Source: Eledone cirrhosa (taxonomy: Eukaryota). Taken from it: a stretch of 64,000 nucleotides of DNA. Each line of letters starts with the position of its first letter. Position 1 is the stretch's first letter. Under the pieces are notes generated by a model. It had not been told where the DNA came from. It was given only the letters and a program-made list of their open reading frames with translations, and did no database searches. The stretch is from positions 339,884,001-339,948,000 of the forward strand of contig OZ024742.1 in assembly GCA_964016885.1 (NCBI GenBank), written 5' to 3'. A program made the translations under genes and the position numbers. Positions 1 through 15,054 of the stretch are shown one piece after another.

Positions 1-830
1 CAGCCAGCCAACCACCTAACCAACCAACTAACCAACCAACCAACCAACCACCTAACCAACCAACCAACCAACCAACCAACCAACCAGCCAGCCAACCACC
101 AGCCAGCCAACCACCTAACCAACCAACCAACCAACCAACCAACCAACCAACCAACCAACCAACCACCTAACCAACCAACCAACCAACCAACCAACCAACC
201 AACCAGCCAGCCAACCACCAGCCAGCCAACCACCTAACCAACCAACCAACCAACCAACCAACCAACCAACCAACCAACCAACCAACCAACCAACCAGCCA
301 GTCAACCACCAGCCAGCCAACCACCTAACCAACCAACCAACCAACCAACCAACCAACCAACCAACCAACCAACCAACCAACCAGCCAGCCAACCACCAGC
401 CAGCCAACCACCTAACCAACCAACCAGCCAGCCAACCACCTAACCAACCAACCAACCAACCAACCAACCAACCAACCAACCAGCCAGCCAACCACCAGCC
501 AGCCAACCACCTAACCAACCAACCAACCAACCAACCAACCAACCAACCAACCAACCAACCAACCACCTAACCAACCAACCAACCAACCAACCAACCAACC
601 AACCAACCAACCAGCCAGTCAACCACCAGCCAGCCAACCACCTAACCAACCAACCAACCAACCAACCAACCAACCAACCAACCAACCAACCAACCAACCA
701 ACCAACCAACCAACCAACCAACCAACCAACCAACCACCAGCCAGCCAACAACCCAACCAACCAACCAACCAACCAACCAACCAACCAACCAACCAACCAA
801 CCAACCAACCAGACAACCAGCCAACCAACA
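1..830. repeat. (AACC)n microsatellite with recurring CAGCCAGCCAACCACCT variant blocks
   Basis: Direct reading; the GWLV-repeat ORFs are its translation. Confidence 0.95.
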
Positions 831-1261
831 ATCCTTCCATCCCTCCATGCCTCCCTCTCTCCCTCCCTTCATCCATCTAACCACCCACCTAACCATACTT
901 CTCCCCTACCCACCTAACTGTCACGTGTCCCTCAATCCCGGTATATACACTTCTATACGTCCCTACATATAATCATCAATACATCTATATAGGCATCGTT
1001 TGATCTAAATATATTTCTCTCTATCTGATATATGTGTATATCCATTACACATACACATAAACACACATATATAGATAGGCATATATATACATACATACAT
1101 AGAAACATATATACATATATACATATATATATATATACATAGAAACATATATACATATATACATATATATATATTTCTAAATATATATATTTCTAAATAC
1201 ATATATACATATATATATATTTCTAAATATATTTCTCTGTATCTCATATAGATTTGCATCC

Positions 1262-1262
1262 A

Positions 1263-1330
<68 letters not shown>

Positions 1331-1641
1331 GCGCACACAGGCACATGCATGTGCACAGACGAACAGACACACACCCAGGCACACACTCGGGCACACACAC
1401 TCGCTCTCTCTCTCTCACACACACACACACACAGGCACACACAGGCACACACAGGCACATACATGTACATAGGCGAACAGACAAACACAAAGGCACACCC
1501 GGGCACACACAGGCACACACACTCGCTCTCTCTCTCTCACAAACACACACGCACAGGCACACCCGGGCACACACAGGCACACACACTCGCTCTCTCTCTC
1601 ACACACACACACACCCGGGCACATACAGTCACACACACTCG

Positions 1642-1674
<33 letters not shown>

Positions 1675-1727
1675 CCGGGCACATACAGGCACACACACTC
1701 GCTCTCTCTCTCACAAACACACACACA
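1262..1727. repeat. (CA)n plus ~60-bp compound minisatellite (cacacactcgctctctctctc...cccgggcac)
   Basis: Unit ACTCGCTCTCTCTCTC repeated at ~1400, 1521, 1586, 1637, 1697. Confidence 0.85.
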
Positions 1728-1848
1728 TAATGATCAAAATAAATCTAATATAACATTGTGTCCATTAATTAAATATCTCTCATTCACTTACAACAAATTG
1801 CATTTTGATGAATTTGTAACTGCAGCAAACATATTTGATTATAGGGTT

Positions 1849-3460
<1,612 letters not shown>

Positions 3461-3461
3461 T

Positions 3462-4452
3462 GTTCTTCTGGTTTTATAATTTCAAAGTTTTACCAATAGA
3501 GAGAGAGTCGGTTTCTAACATAGACACAAGACTCTCTCATTGGAATTTACACATCAACAACTAGGTAGATATGTATGTATGCATGCATGTGTAGATATGG
3601 ATGTTATTGTATGTGTGGATGTGTATATTATGAGTTGTATGTGTGCATATGCATACGCTTTGTATCTGATTTTATGCAGTTATTAGATGCAAAATCTTTG
3701 GAATGTTTTACATATTTTTACTGTTCCATTAATGGATTGTACTTGTAATTTCCTAACTAGTTGTGTTCTCTCTGTTCCTGTGAAGCCCAGCTTCTCAAGC
3801 TTTGTATTGAGGCAGTTACTAACATATCCCAGTGCCCCAATAATCACAGGCATAAATCTGAAGGTATAATGAGGGTGGAATACCTGCAGATTTCTCATTA
3901 GTTCTGCATAAATATTCTCCTTTAGCAATATATTAACATCTGATGGACAACTGATTTCCACTACTGTGCACGCTCACTTTTGTCTGTTCCAATCACTATA
4001 TCTGATCTGTTATGTTTGTATTTTATTGGAGATTTGATTGGAACATTCTACCAGTACACTTTCATGTTATGTAATGATATCACTATAATTGTATATTTTC
4101 TACTGATTACAGTGTATCGTGTTGTACATTGTATATTGTATCGCGTTGCATTGTATCGTTGGCTACTACATCATACCTCATACGTAGATAGTATCGTGAT
4201 GACATCTTTGGACAGCTGCTTATGACATGGGTGACATCTTCGATGTTAATTCTGCAGAGTCTGCATCTGTTGTCAAATCTATGTGTTTTGCCTGCATCCT
4301 TGTCTCTTCTGTGCATTAGATATTTCGTAATTATTTCCTGTTCTTGGATTGCTAAAATCATATCCCTCAAAGCGAGAGCTAATATATTGACTGTTGGTCC
4401 AAGATAGACAACATTGCTTATTTATATTTCACTTTGAAGTTTCCTGGCAAAC
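3462..4452 (-). mobile_element. 5'-truncated R4/Dong-like RLE non-LTR retrotransposon, (CATA)n-associated family, copy 1
   Basis: Minus-strand ORFs give AIQEQEI..CRLC..HVISSC (CCHC knuckle) and EISCP..VIIGALG..KICKTF (RLE C-terminus); the 3' UTR ends in (CATA)n; paralogous to 25114-26436. Confidence 0.85.
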
Positions 4453-4560
4453 GTAGCCCTCTGACTCCCTTGCATGTATACGGTTAAATGATTACAAGAG
4501 GATATATATATATTCATACACACACACACACACACACACGCATGTATATATATATATATT

Positions 4561-4952
4561 TTTTTTTTAAAGGAAAAGAATGACTTCACTTGTAGTTCTA
4601 AACAATTTAATTTAATTTTATAATATTATAATTTTACAATTTGGTTTGGTAGATTTAGTAAGTTCGTTATTAACTTCGGTGGGAAGATTTTTATAAAAGT
4701 TTTTGGTTAACTTTCCTGGAGAACTTTCGCCACCGATGAATGCGAGAAAGTTCTCCAGGAAAGTTAACCAAGAATCTTTAAAAAATCTCCCCACCGAAGT
4801 TAACAAAGAACTTACTAAACCAGATCTACCAAACCAAATTGTAAAATTATATTATAAAATTGAATTAAATTGTTTAGAACTACAAGTGAAGTCATTCTTT
4901 TCCTGTTTTAAAATATACCTAACTGTACCAAGGATCTCACACATTTTCCAAT
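4561..4952. mobile_element. Fold-back element: ~160-bp imperfect inverted arms (4571-4728 / 4746-4904) plus ~45-bp one-sided tail, in (TA)n
   Basis: aggaaaagaatgacttcacttgtag...gaactttc is the reverse complement of gaaagttc...gtcattcttttcct. Confidence 0.85.
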
Positions 4953-4966
4953 ATATATATATATAT

Positions 4967-5030
4967 AGAAGAAGAAGAAGAAGAAGAAGAAGAAGAAGAA
5001 GAAGAAGAAGAAGAAGAAGAAGAAGAAGAA
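4967..5030. repeat. (GAA)n microsatellite
   Basis: Direct reading. Confidence 0.95.
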
Positions 5031-5215
5031 ATCGATCGACAAGATCCCTGACCAAATCAGGGAGCAAATTTGCCCTGTCAAATCAGGCCAAGGAAACAAT
5101 GCTTCCATTGCTGATAGTATCTACCATTCCCAACTCCTGGAAGAAGAACATAACGCATCTCTCGCCCCGAGAATCGAACTCGTAACCTCACGATTACGAA
5201 TCCAATTCTCTTCTA
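5031..5215 (-). mobile_element. Degenerate tRNA-derived SINE (type 1)
   Basis: Reverse complement contains gagaattggattcgtaatcgtgaggttacgagttcgattc (B box) and gtcgatcga 3' end, as in 20496-20712. Confidence 0.7.
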
Positions 5216-5294
5216 ATTGATCGATATTGAAACAATTGTAATATGCCATCGTAACTCAACACGAGACCGACCCGACACGAGACAGACCTCATTA

Positions 5295-5415
5295 CATTCT
5301 GAGTTCAAATCCTGCCAAGGTTAACTTTGCCTTTCATCCTTACGGGGTCGATAAAATAAAGTACCAGTAATGCACTGGGTTATTACTGACCTTGTGCCTA
5401 ACGTAGAAACAATTA
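5295..5415 (+). mobile_element. tRNA-derived SINE (type 2), 3' part
   Basis: gagttcaaatcctgccaaggttaactttgcctttcatccttacggggtcgataaaataaagtaccag matches 7612-7791. Confidence 0.8.
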
Positions 5416-5496
5416 CATCATTGAGTGCTTCGAACTGCGTGCTGCTTGTAACTGTACTTACACACCTAACTAATACACACACACACACACACAAAC

Positions 5497-5534
<38 letters not shown>

Positions 5535-5695
5535 ATATATATATGTATATATATATATGTATATATATATATGTATATATATGTATATATATGTATATAT
5601 ATGTATATATATGTATATATATATATATGTATATATATGTATATATACGTATATATATATGTATATATATGTACATATATATATGTATATAAATG

Positions 5696-5751
<56 letters not shown>

Positions 5752-6207
5752 CACACACACATATATATATATATATAAACGTATATCACCATCAATATCA
5801 TCAAATGTGCACCAATTACCCCCCACATTTCCAAATGTACGTCTGACTCAGAGACACAGAAACACCTCCCTCCCCCAACGCTACAACAACACCATCAACT
5901 TCTAAACCAATTCATTTGTCGTAGACTCCTGTGAAATATTTGTCTAAATACACACACACACACAAACACATGTACATTCACACGCACACCCGTACGTATC
6001 CAAACACTCTCACACACACAGTTACATATACACACGCACACACCTATATAACATGTTCTATTGATTATTCTCGTATATTTAATTCATATTTACTTTTTAT
6101 ATAATTCATTTCACATCTATTTATTTAAAACATTTCTTCCTTGTGAATAAAATTTAATATCCATTCATACATTTATTGATTCAAATATTACTATATATAT
6201 GTATATA

Positions 6208-6270
<63 letters not shown>

Positions 6271-6273
<3 letters not shown>

Positions 6274-6694
6274 TTCAAAATATCAACAAAAATAGACATT
6301 CGTGTGATCAAGTATATTTTATTATACATATTTCAGAGGTACTGAGCTATCTTCAACAGTACGTCCTCATCAGATAAAATTAGATGATGCATGACATACC
6401 CTGACATAGTAGATGGTTAAGATTCAGTCAATGACTACCATGACTGAATCTTAACCATCTACTATGTCAGGGTATGTCATGCATCATCTAATTTTATCTG
6501 ATGAGGACGTACTGTTGAAGATAGCTCAGTACCTCTGAAATATGTATAATAAAATATACTTGATCACACGAATGTCTATTTTTGTTGATATTTTGAATTA
6601 ATATTAATAACTCCGGAAAACCATCTTTGTTGAGTGCTTCCAATCTATTGTAAAACTCATTCTTTGATTTATTCATTGAACCTTGTTTAACCTT

Positions 6695-6697
<3 letters not shown>
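6271..6697. mobile_element. Fold-back element: perfect 160-bp inverted arms (6271-6430 / 6441-6600), 10-bp spacer, ~95-bp tail, hammerhead in each arm, flanked by (TA)n
   Basis: Arms are reverse complements; hammerhead core in both. Confidence 0.92.
6491..6555 (+). ncRNA. Type I hammerhead ribozyme (minimal, PLE-type); mirror copy on minus strand at 6316-6380
   Basis: attttat-CTGATGA-stem II (gtactg..cagtac)-GAAA-T-atgt-ATA-ataaaat; stem I is 7 bp. Confidence 0.85.
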
Positions 6698-6760
<63 letters not shown>

Positions 6761-6774
6761 AATATAAATAATAA

Positions 6775-6955
6775 TTGTTTCTACTTTGGCACAAGGCCAG
6801 CAATTACCCAGTGCATTACTAGTACCTTATTTTATCGACGCAGTAAGGATGGAAAGCAAAGTTAACCTCGGCGGGATTTGAACTGAGAAAGGGCCGTAAC
6901 TCTATGCTGCAAAGCACGGCGTCGGCGCCTCTACCGATACTGCCAATCCACCGCT
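6775..6955 (-). mobile_element. tRNA-derived SINE (type 2)
   Basis: Reverse complement of the 7612-7791 family. Confidence 0.8.
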
Positions 6956-7006
6956 GTTATAAGAATATTAATAATAAGTTGACGGGGACTAGCATATATG
7001 TATGTA

Positions 7007-7064
<58 letters not shown>

Positions 7065-7206
7065 GGAGGTGAGTTTTATTGTAGTACAATAAAGCAATGC
7101 AGATATCGGATAAGAAGCACTCTACAGTTTGTAGGACTGGAGTATACATTGATTTAAAACTGCACTATCCACAAGTGTTTTTTAGCCTTCATATCATGTT
7201 CTCCTG

Positions 7207-7273
7207 TTTTATCTGATGAAAACACAAATATTATTGCATGATGATGTTTGTTTTTGAAATGCGCATAATAAAA
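7207..7273 (+). ncRNA. Type I hammerhead ribozyme inside a ~250-bp insert (7062-7310) between (TA)n tracts
   Basis: ttttat-CTGATGA-long stem II (aaacacaaatattatt..gatgatgtttgtttt)-GAAA-TGCGCA-TA-ataaaa; palindromic ATGCGCAT stem III. Confidence 0.85.
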
Positions 7274-7305
7274 TACATGGAACTCCTTTAACCATCTTTT
7301 GATCT

Positions 7306-7338
<33 letters not shown>

Positions 7339-7370
7339 CATATATATATATATGTATGCATATATATATG

Positions 7371-7873
<503 letters not shown>

Positions 7874-7876
7874 ATA

Positions 7877-7914
<38 letters not shown>

Positions 7915-8023
7915 CATATATTTATATATGCATATATATATATATATATACATACATATATTTATATATGCATATATATATATATATATGTATGCATATG
8001 TATATGTATATATAGAGATATAT

Positions 8024-8302
8024 AGCCAGCGAGTGTAACGTGCAGTCACCGTAGGTTCGCCCTGTGAACACTCGATGTTTAGGTTCACCTCAGTAGCGAG
8101 GTGTAGAGCTAAACAGAGTGTAATACAATACAAGGAGGATTTGTTAAGCCTTCATTACATTTCGCTATTGATCATCTCAAGGTTCGATCTGTATCGATCT
8201 GGCCCGACTCTAGAATCAAAAGCTAATCGGACCTCATTACTACAACAGAGGTCCGACTAGCTTTTGATTCTAGAGTCGGCCAGATCGATAGAGATCGAAC
8301 CT
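8024..8302. mobile_element. Fold-back element (55-bp arms 8180-8235 / 8248-8302, left tail)
   Basis: aggttcgatctgtatcgatctgg..ggacctc vs gaggtcc..agatcgaacct. Confidence 0.8.
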
Positions 8303-8597
8303 AGTAAGTTTGTTGAAAGGTGGGTAAAAGTGACGAGTCTGGTCCGAGTGAACGGGCCCGCTCTGCGTATGTAGACGGAGGAGAGGCAAAACAGAGAGGG
8401 CGATTGCCCTGTTGGTCAGGGTGGCCGTAGTCTTTTGTGTTGTTTTCGCCACGAGTGACCCTCGGACGTTTCCCACTTTTTGGGGAATTTTTGTTGTTTG
8501 AATTTTTTTAATTTCTATCTTGTGATAACTTTTTTACACGGCCAAAACCCCCTTTGTATCGTCCTGTATGTTAGCCCTTGTGGCCAATAAAGAAATC
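8301..8597 (+). mobile_element. Tx1-clade LINE 3' fragment (family A), ends in (ATT)n
   Basis: Matches ORF2 end at 18363-18427; 3' end aataaagaaatc followed by (ATT)n. Confidence 0.85.
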
Positions 8598-8616
8598 ATT
8601 ATTATTTATTATTATT

Positions 8617-9391
8617 GTTCTTTGAGTCTCAGTCATTGATGTTATTTAACTGGAAAGTTTGTTGAAATGAATATCAAGCCACTACCTGCAGCCTCAGATA
8701 TTCAGGACTGTTCCCAGCAAGCATGCCTTTTGAAGTGTTCCAAAAAGCGTGGCGGGGCCAATTTTCTTTAACCATCCCTGGAAACTTTTTGAGATAGTAC
8801 CTCGTGCGCCTATGACAATCGGGACCACTTTGACTTCATGGCAGTTCCAAATCCTTTTTACCTCCCACTTTTAGTCCTGGTATCGGTTAATTTTCTCCCT
8901 CTTCTTCTCTTGCAATCTCGTGTCGAATGGGCAGGCCACATTCACAATCAGGCACGATCTTTTTTCCTTGTCCAAAACCACCAGGTCAGGTCTATTGTGT
9001 TCCAGTTTCTTGTCCGTCTGTATCCTAAAATCCCATAGCACCTTCACCTGATCGTTTTCTATCACCGACTCTGGCTTATGCTCATACCACTTCTCAGAAT
9101 GTGGTAAATTGTTTACTTTGCATAGGTGCCAGTGGATCACCCTGCCCATCACATCATGTCTCCAGCCCTTATAGTGAGTCTGGGCTAGGTGTTTACACTC
9201 GGCATACAATGTGAGCCACAGTCTCCCCTCTCTCTCCACAGATCCTGCACAGTGGGCTAGCCTCCTCCTTGTAAATATGGTGTTTCAACCACTTCGTTTT
9301 GAGGGCCTGCTCTTGCGCAGCCATTAACATTCCTTCTGTAGCCTTTTGAAGGTCTCCTCTTTTCAACCAGTTCCATGTCTGTGGATCTCGA
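8617..9391 (-). mobile_element. 5'-truncated R4/Dong-like RLE LINE, (TAA)n-associated, copy 1
   Basis: LMAAQEQAL..CRIC..HIV, LWDFRIQTDKKLEHNRPDLVV (RLE PD motif); (TAA)n on both sides. Confidence 0.9.
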
Positions 9392-9404
9392 ATTATTATT
9401 ATTA

Positions 9405-9669
9405 TGAGTATGTGTCTGTAAATTGAAGGTGGAAAACTGGGAGAGGGCACTTGCCCTGGTGGTCAGGGTCACTGTGGCTTTTTAATGGGCTTTCTCCACG
9501 AATGTCCCTCCGAAGTCTCCCCCTATTAGGGAATTTTTTCATTGTTCTATTATTAGATCCTCTGTTTCTTGTCTTTTACACGCAGAAATGCCCATTTGTA
9601 CCGTCCTGTATTGTCATGTACTGTCCTTAATGTCTACTTTATGTAAACCCTTGTGGTTAATAAAGAAAG

Positions 9670-9670
<1 letters not shown>
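9405..9670 (+). mobile_element. Tx1-clade LINE 3' UTR fragment (family A) between (ATT)n tracts
   Basis: Near-identical to 12650-12916. Confidence 0.85.
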
Positions 9671-9730
<60 letters not shown>

Positions 9731-10404
9731 GTTCTTTGAGTCTCAGTCATTGATGTTATTTAACTGGAAAGTTTGTTGAAATGAATATCAAGCTGCTACC
9801 TGCAGCCTCAGATATTCAGGACGTATCGGAGGGTTCTTGCTGTTCCCAGCAAGCATGCCTTTTGAAGTGTCCCACAAAGCGGGGCTGTATTAATCTTCTT
9901 AAACCATCCTTGAAAACTCTTTGAGATAGTACCTAGTACGCCTATGACAATCGGGACGACCATGACTTCATGGCAGTTCCAAATCCTTTTTACCTCCCAC
10001 TTTAAATCCTGGTATCGGTTAATTTTCTCCCTCTTCTTTTCTTGCACTCTCGTGTTAAATGGGCAGGCTACATCTACAATCAGGCACGATCTTTATTCCT
10101 TGTCCAAAACCACCAGGTCAGGTCTATTGTGTTCCAGTTTCTTGTCCGTCTGTATCCTAAAATCCCATAGCACCTTCACCTGATCGTTTTCTATCACCGA
10201 CTCTGGCTTATGCTCATACCACTTCTCAGAATGTGGTAAATTGTTTACTTTGCATAGGTGCCAGTGGATCACCCTGCCCATCACATCATGTCTCCAGCCC
10301 TTATAGTGAGTCTGGGCTAGGTGTTTACACTCGGATACGATGTGAACCACAGTCTCCTCTCTCCATCCACAGATCCTACACAGTAAGCTAGCCTCCTCCT
10401 TGTC
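9731..10404 (-). mobile_element. 5'-truncated R4/Dong-like RLE LINE, (TAA)n-associated, copy 2
   Basis: Near-identical to 8617-9270; VVPIVIGVLG..LQKACLLGTARTLRYVL C-terminus. Confidence 0.9.
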
Positions 10405-10409
10405 AATTA

Positions 10410-10445
<36 letters not shown>

Positions 10446-12914
10446 GGCGACCTACGTAGGAAATCGTATCACCGTGAGCTCCGCAAAGGCTTGTTGTTTT
10501 CAGTTGTTTCAAATTGCCATTTATGGAAATTTTTGTTGTTAAGTGTTTATAAGGTCAAATAATTTGCTTTCGGAAAAGGACACTCAAAAAGATTGGGCCC
10601 TTGAGCCCAAAATTTAAACTTTTATAATTATCAAACAAAAAATTAGTTTGAAAAAAACATGGACGACTCACAGCTACACCAGGCTGACAGCCTTCCTCAC
10701 AAACTAACACCTCACACCAACACCACCATTGTAAATATTACTACGTTTGCGAACACTAAAAAAATATAAGCAGTAGCAATAATTTAAATATGTCTCATGC
10801 AGACATTCATTTCCCGTCATTACCAATGACTGCAGGTGTTGAAGCCGCCACCGCCACCACCACCACAGCGACAACGGAAACAAAAAAAAAAAAATTATCT
10901 CGTGACATCGAAATGGATTCACCCAGAATCGACTCTTCCACACCGAACACCACTGAAACTAAAAATAACAATATCAAAAATAACGATAACAACAACAGCA
11001 ACAACAACAATGTGAATAAGAAAACCACTCAGTCTTTTGGTAGAGTAGCAAAAAAGTGCGAAACAATCCAGGTAACTCAGGAGGAATTAGATGAAGCTAA
11101 GAGAATGGTAAATAAAGATGGGTACAGGATCAGCCCCCCCTCCCCCTAATAAAATGGTGCATCGGCGCCTATGCACCGTGTCTTATCGGACGATTAACAT
11201 AAAATCGCGCCCCGAGTGGAACGGGCATCCGAGTCCCAAATCCAAAAAGCTTTGGGACATGTTTGGGCAAAAAAAAAACATCAGACGTGGGCAGAAATAT
11301 GGAACCGTGGACGTGTTCTTTGGTACACCACAGGAGGCCAGAGAACACTCCATGGCCCCATTAAGAAGTGACGACTTCACACTCGTCCAAAGCTATTGTG
11401 GCCAGAGATTCGTGAAGATCAGGGTGACTCACGTTCCACCGGCCATCGAAATTCCCTGGCTAATGGCTGCCGTCCTAGCCGGCATCGAGGCCAACACAAA
11501 GATAATCGAAATAGCGAAAGAAAAGCAGGAGAACTGGTCTGGATATGGGATAGAGCAACAACCCCAGCAACAGTAGTAAAACCACCACCACCACCACCAC
11601 CACCCAACGCGCCAGAACTAGCACCAGCGCCTACACCATCCACCACGCCACAACCAAAACCAACGCCTGTGGAGGATTTTCCACTCCCCGGCTTATCGCA
11701 ACTGGAGACAGATTGTGACGACGAGGAGTGGGAAACAGTATCAGGAAAAAAGAAAAAAAGAAACCAAAAAAGAAAAAATTCTCTTCCTTCCCCCTCCAAA
11801 AACAAAATACAGAGGGAAACAAATAAATTATCAAACAAAAAAGTTAGGACAGATATGCCACCATCCACACCAGCATCACCAACCCCATCACCACAAACAC
11901 CAACACCATCACCATCATTAACCCCAACACCACCACCACCAACACCACAAAAGTCACCAAAAAGCGTAACAGAAACAAACCCACAGCAAAAGCAAACCAA
12001 ACAAAACAACCAAAACGATACACACTACACAGCATTAAATTTGAACAATTACCCAGTGCATTACTGGTAAAATAAAGTACCAGTAATGCACTGGGTAATT
12101 GCTGGCCTTGTGCCTAAAGTAGAAACAATTAAATTTGAACAACAACCAATTGGACAACTTCCAGAAATCTCTGGCCTGGCAGTGCTACCGAGGAGCCTTG
12201 CCATTTCGGGATAAACTCTACAGGCATGGAGGTGCCGTCAGCCGGGCATGTCCGAGATGCGCGCAGGGCGACGAAACCGTCCTGCACGCACTCGTCCAGT
12301 GTCCGAAAATTGCTGACTTGTGGGTTTATGTCGAACACCTGCTGTCGCGTGTAGGACGGATCCGGCTATCATCTGAATCCATCGTGAGGATTGCCCCGCC
12401 CTCTTCCTTTAGCCGGGAAGGGCAGGCAGTTTTTATCTGTCTGGTGGACATGGCGAAAGAGATAGTATGGTGGACACGTTTGAAAGGGCTGAAGACGAGC
12501 ACTTACCTCTTCGATGATGCCCTGATTGACTTTTTCAAATTTCATTTGCAAAGGAAAATCAGAGTAGAGAGGGAAGTGCTCTCTTCCCAGCATTTTGTTG
12601 AAAGATGGGTGAGAGAAGCAAGAATGGCCGGAGTGAATGGGCCTACTCTGAGTACGTATATGTAAATTAAAGGTGGAAAACTGGGAGAGGGCACTTGCCT
12701 TGGTGGTCAGGGTCACTGTGGCCTTTTACTGGGCTTTCTCCACAAATGTCCCTCCGAAGTCTCCCCCCTATTGGGGAATTTTTCATTGTTATTTTTTTGT
12801 TACATCCTCTGTTTTTGTTTTTTACACGCAGAAATGCCCATTTGTACCGTCCTGTATTGTCCTGTACTGTCCTTAATGTATACTTTATGTAAACCCTTGT
12901 GGTTAATAAAGAAA

Positions 12915-12916
<2 letters not shown>
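10446..12916 (+). mobile_element. Internally deleted Tx1-clade LINE (family A): 5' UTR, broken ORF1, joined to the last ~175 codons of ORF2 and 3' UTR
   Basis: ORF1 pieces (TVSYRT, YGTVDVFFGTPQEA, IPWLMAAVLAGIE) are homologous to 13275-14519; 12150-12665 has DNFQKSLAW..CPRC..HALVQC; flanked by (ATT)n. Confidence 0.88.
12049..12127 (+). mobile_element. 5'-truncated and 5'-inverted SINE (type 2) with 15-bp TSD
   Basis: TSD attaaatttgaacaa at 12034-12048 and 12128-12142; aattacccagtgcattactggta is inverted relative to taccagtaatgcactgggtaatt. Confidence 0.85.
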
Positions 12917-12957
<41 letters not shown>

Positions 12958-13274
12958 CGGTCTGTTCGGACGCTTTTTGCTCGCTCCCAGTAAGTCATTT
13001 TATTTGCCTGTTAAAATTATTTGTTGTTAAATATTTCTTGTTGTGTAAGGGATATAAGCCCTTAGACTTTGCCCTGTGAAGGGGAAAGTAACATATTTGG
13101 GACTTTTGGCCCAAATATTTGAACATTTTACTTTAAAAAAAATTGTTTAAAAAAAAAACAAGGCTGAGCCACGCCCCCCAGCAATATGTCTGGTGTCGTC
13201 TGACAACGGCGTAAAAGCTGAGAGGAGGGCTAGTGAAATTCATACAACAGACACCACCACAAACAACGTGAACA

Positions 13275-15022
13275 GTGAACAAAGACAACACTGAGAACAC
13301 TAATTTTTTTAAAATGACCACACCAACTACAATAACAGCAACAACCAAAATACAGACAACAGAAAAAAATGACAACAAATGCAACAACGATATTAACAAC
13401 ACTAACAAGAAAATAAACAATGACAACACCAACAGCAACAATATAAATTCCACCGAAAACAACAACAACGGTGGCTCCAAAAACACAACCAACTACAACA
13501 GTGATAACAGCAACAACACCTACAACACCGTTTGTAGCAGTAGCAACAGCAAGAGCACCAACAACAAGACCAGTAGCAGCAGTAGCGGTAGCAATAATGG
13601 TGCCGCTGAAAAAGGGGCCACTTCTTTCGCAGGTGTGGCCCAAAATATAGAGACAGTGTTAGTCACGGAAGAGGAAATGGCAGTCGCAAGAGCCATGGTG
13701 ACTAGAAATGACAATAGAGTTTCTCTGAAACCTCCACCCGATTTCTTCAAAGACCAGCAACTGCGCACGGTGACTTACCGCACCGTAAGTAAAATGTTAC
13801 ATCGGGCCTTGTACGCCACAGTAGACGTACTTTTCGCCACCCCTCAAGAGGCAAAGTCTCACTCTTTGGAAACCCTAAAGAGTGAGGAGATAGTCTTGGT
13901 ACCCTCCTACTCCGGGCAGAAAATTGTGAGGGTCAAAGTGACCCAGGTCCAGCCCGACCAGCCCATACCTTGGCTTGCCGCGTCTGTACTGGCTGGAATA
14001 GAGGAGAAGACCTCCATACTGCAAATACAGAGAATAGGAAGAGAGAACTGGTCAGGAATAGGCATGCAAATGCTAACACAGACTGACCATGAGTGCATCG
14101 AGGCCATCCTAGATCTCATAGACCTCCAAGAAGGGCTCCAATTCCATATAAGTGTGGGAGGAAGGCGCCCAAAATGCTATCTCTGTGGGCAGAAGGGTCA
14201 CCTCAGGGCCTTCTGCCCGCAGAAGATATGCAAGAAGAGAGCCCTCCTCCTTCCGACGCCTGATCCGCTGCTACCAAGAGCAGGGCAGGCAACAGAGGCA
14301 GAAGACCATTCCATGGTGAGTAGGATGGCAACGTCCGTGGCACCCATACCAAAGCCACGGACAACTAAAGCAGCGGCAGAAGTGGCTGCAACACCAACAG
14401 TCGCAGTAGCTACGCCGGCGGAAAAATCGCCGGAGCGGGCTCCACTACCACCACAACAGCAGAGGAGCTCATGCCCCTCCCAGACGCCGCGGGGTTCGAC
14501 ATGGAGTGTGAGGCGGTAGGGAAGTGGCAAACGGTCTGCCACAAAAAAAGAAAAAAGAAAAAAACCTTAGCTTCACCCTCCAAAAGCGAAGGCAGACAAA
14601 GAGGGGTAAAGGCTGCAAGGAGACTTGTAGCAATACCACCACCATCACCATCATCACCACAAGCATCGCCACCAACAACAAGAAAATAGCAACAAAATCG
14701 ACCCTCCCCCCAAAAAATGTACACAGCCATAAACATGGCAAATAAAGAACTCCTACAACACATAAAGCAGCACACAGACATCACAAAAGAAAAAAAAATC
14801 TACTACACCCCACCAACACCAAGAACTCTCCCGACAAACATAAGCATCATTGAAATCTCAATAGAACATTACAAACTTTTAAAGCAAAAATTCCCCAAAG
14901 CAGTTGGAGACTTCAGAGGGTCGGTTACCAAGAGGATATACACCGACATCCTCTTGGAAACACCCATGACCAGCCAAAGGGACGGTTCTACTGTCCCTTC
15001 ACCACACGATCAAGGTAAGTGA
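13275..15022 (+). pseudogene. Tx1 ORF1 (gag-like, zinc knuckle), frameshifted
   Basis: GRRPKCYLCGQKGHLRAFCP (CX2CX4HX4C); continues in other frames to ..PHDQGK*. Confidence 0.8.
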
Positions 15023-15054
15023 TCCTTTCTCACTTACCCCGTTTCTCATCCAAC

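Noticed and set aside
1-830. Telomeric repeat
   Set aside because: The unit is AACC with only scattered CCTAAC, not a (TTAGGG)n or (TTAGG)n array
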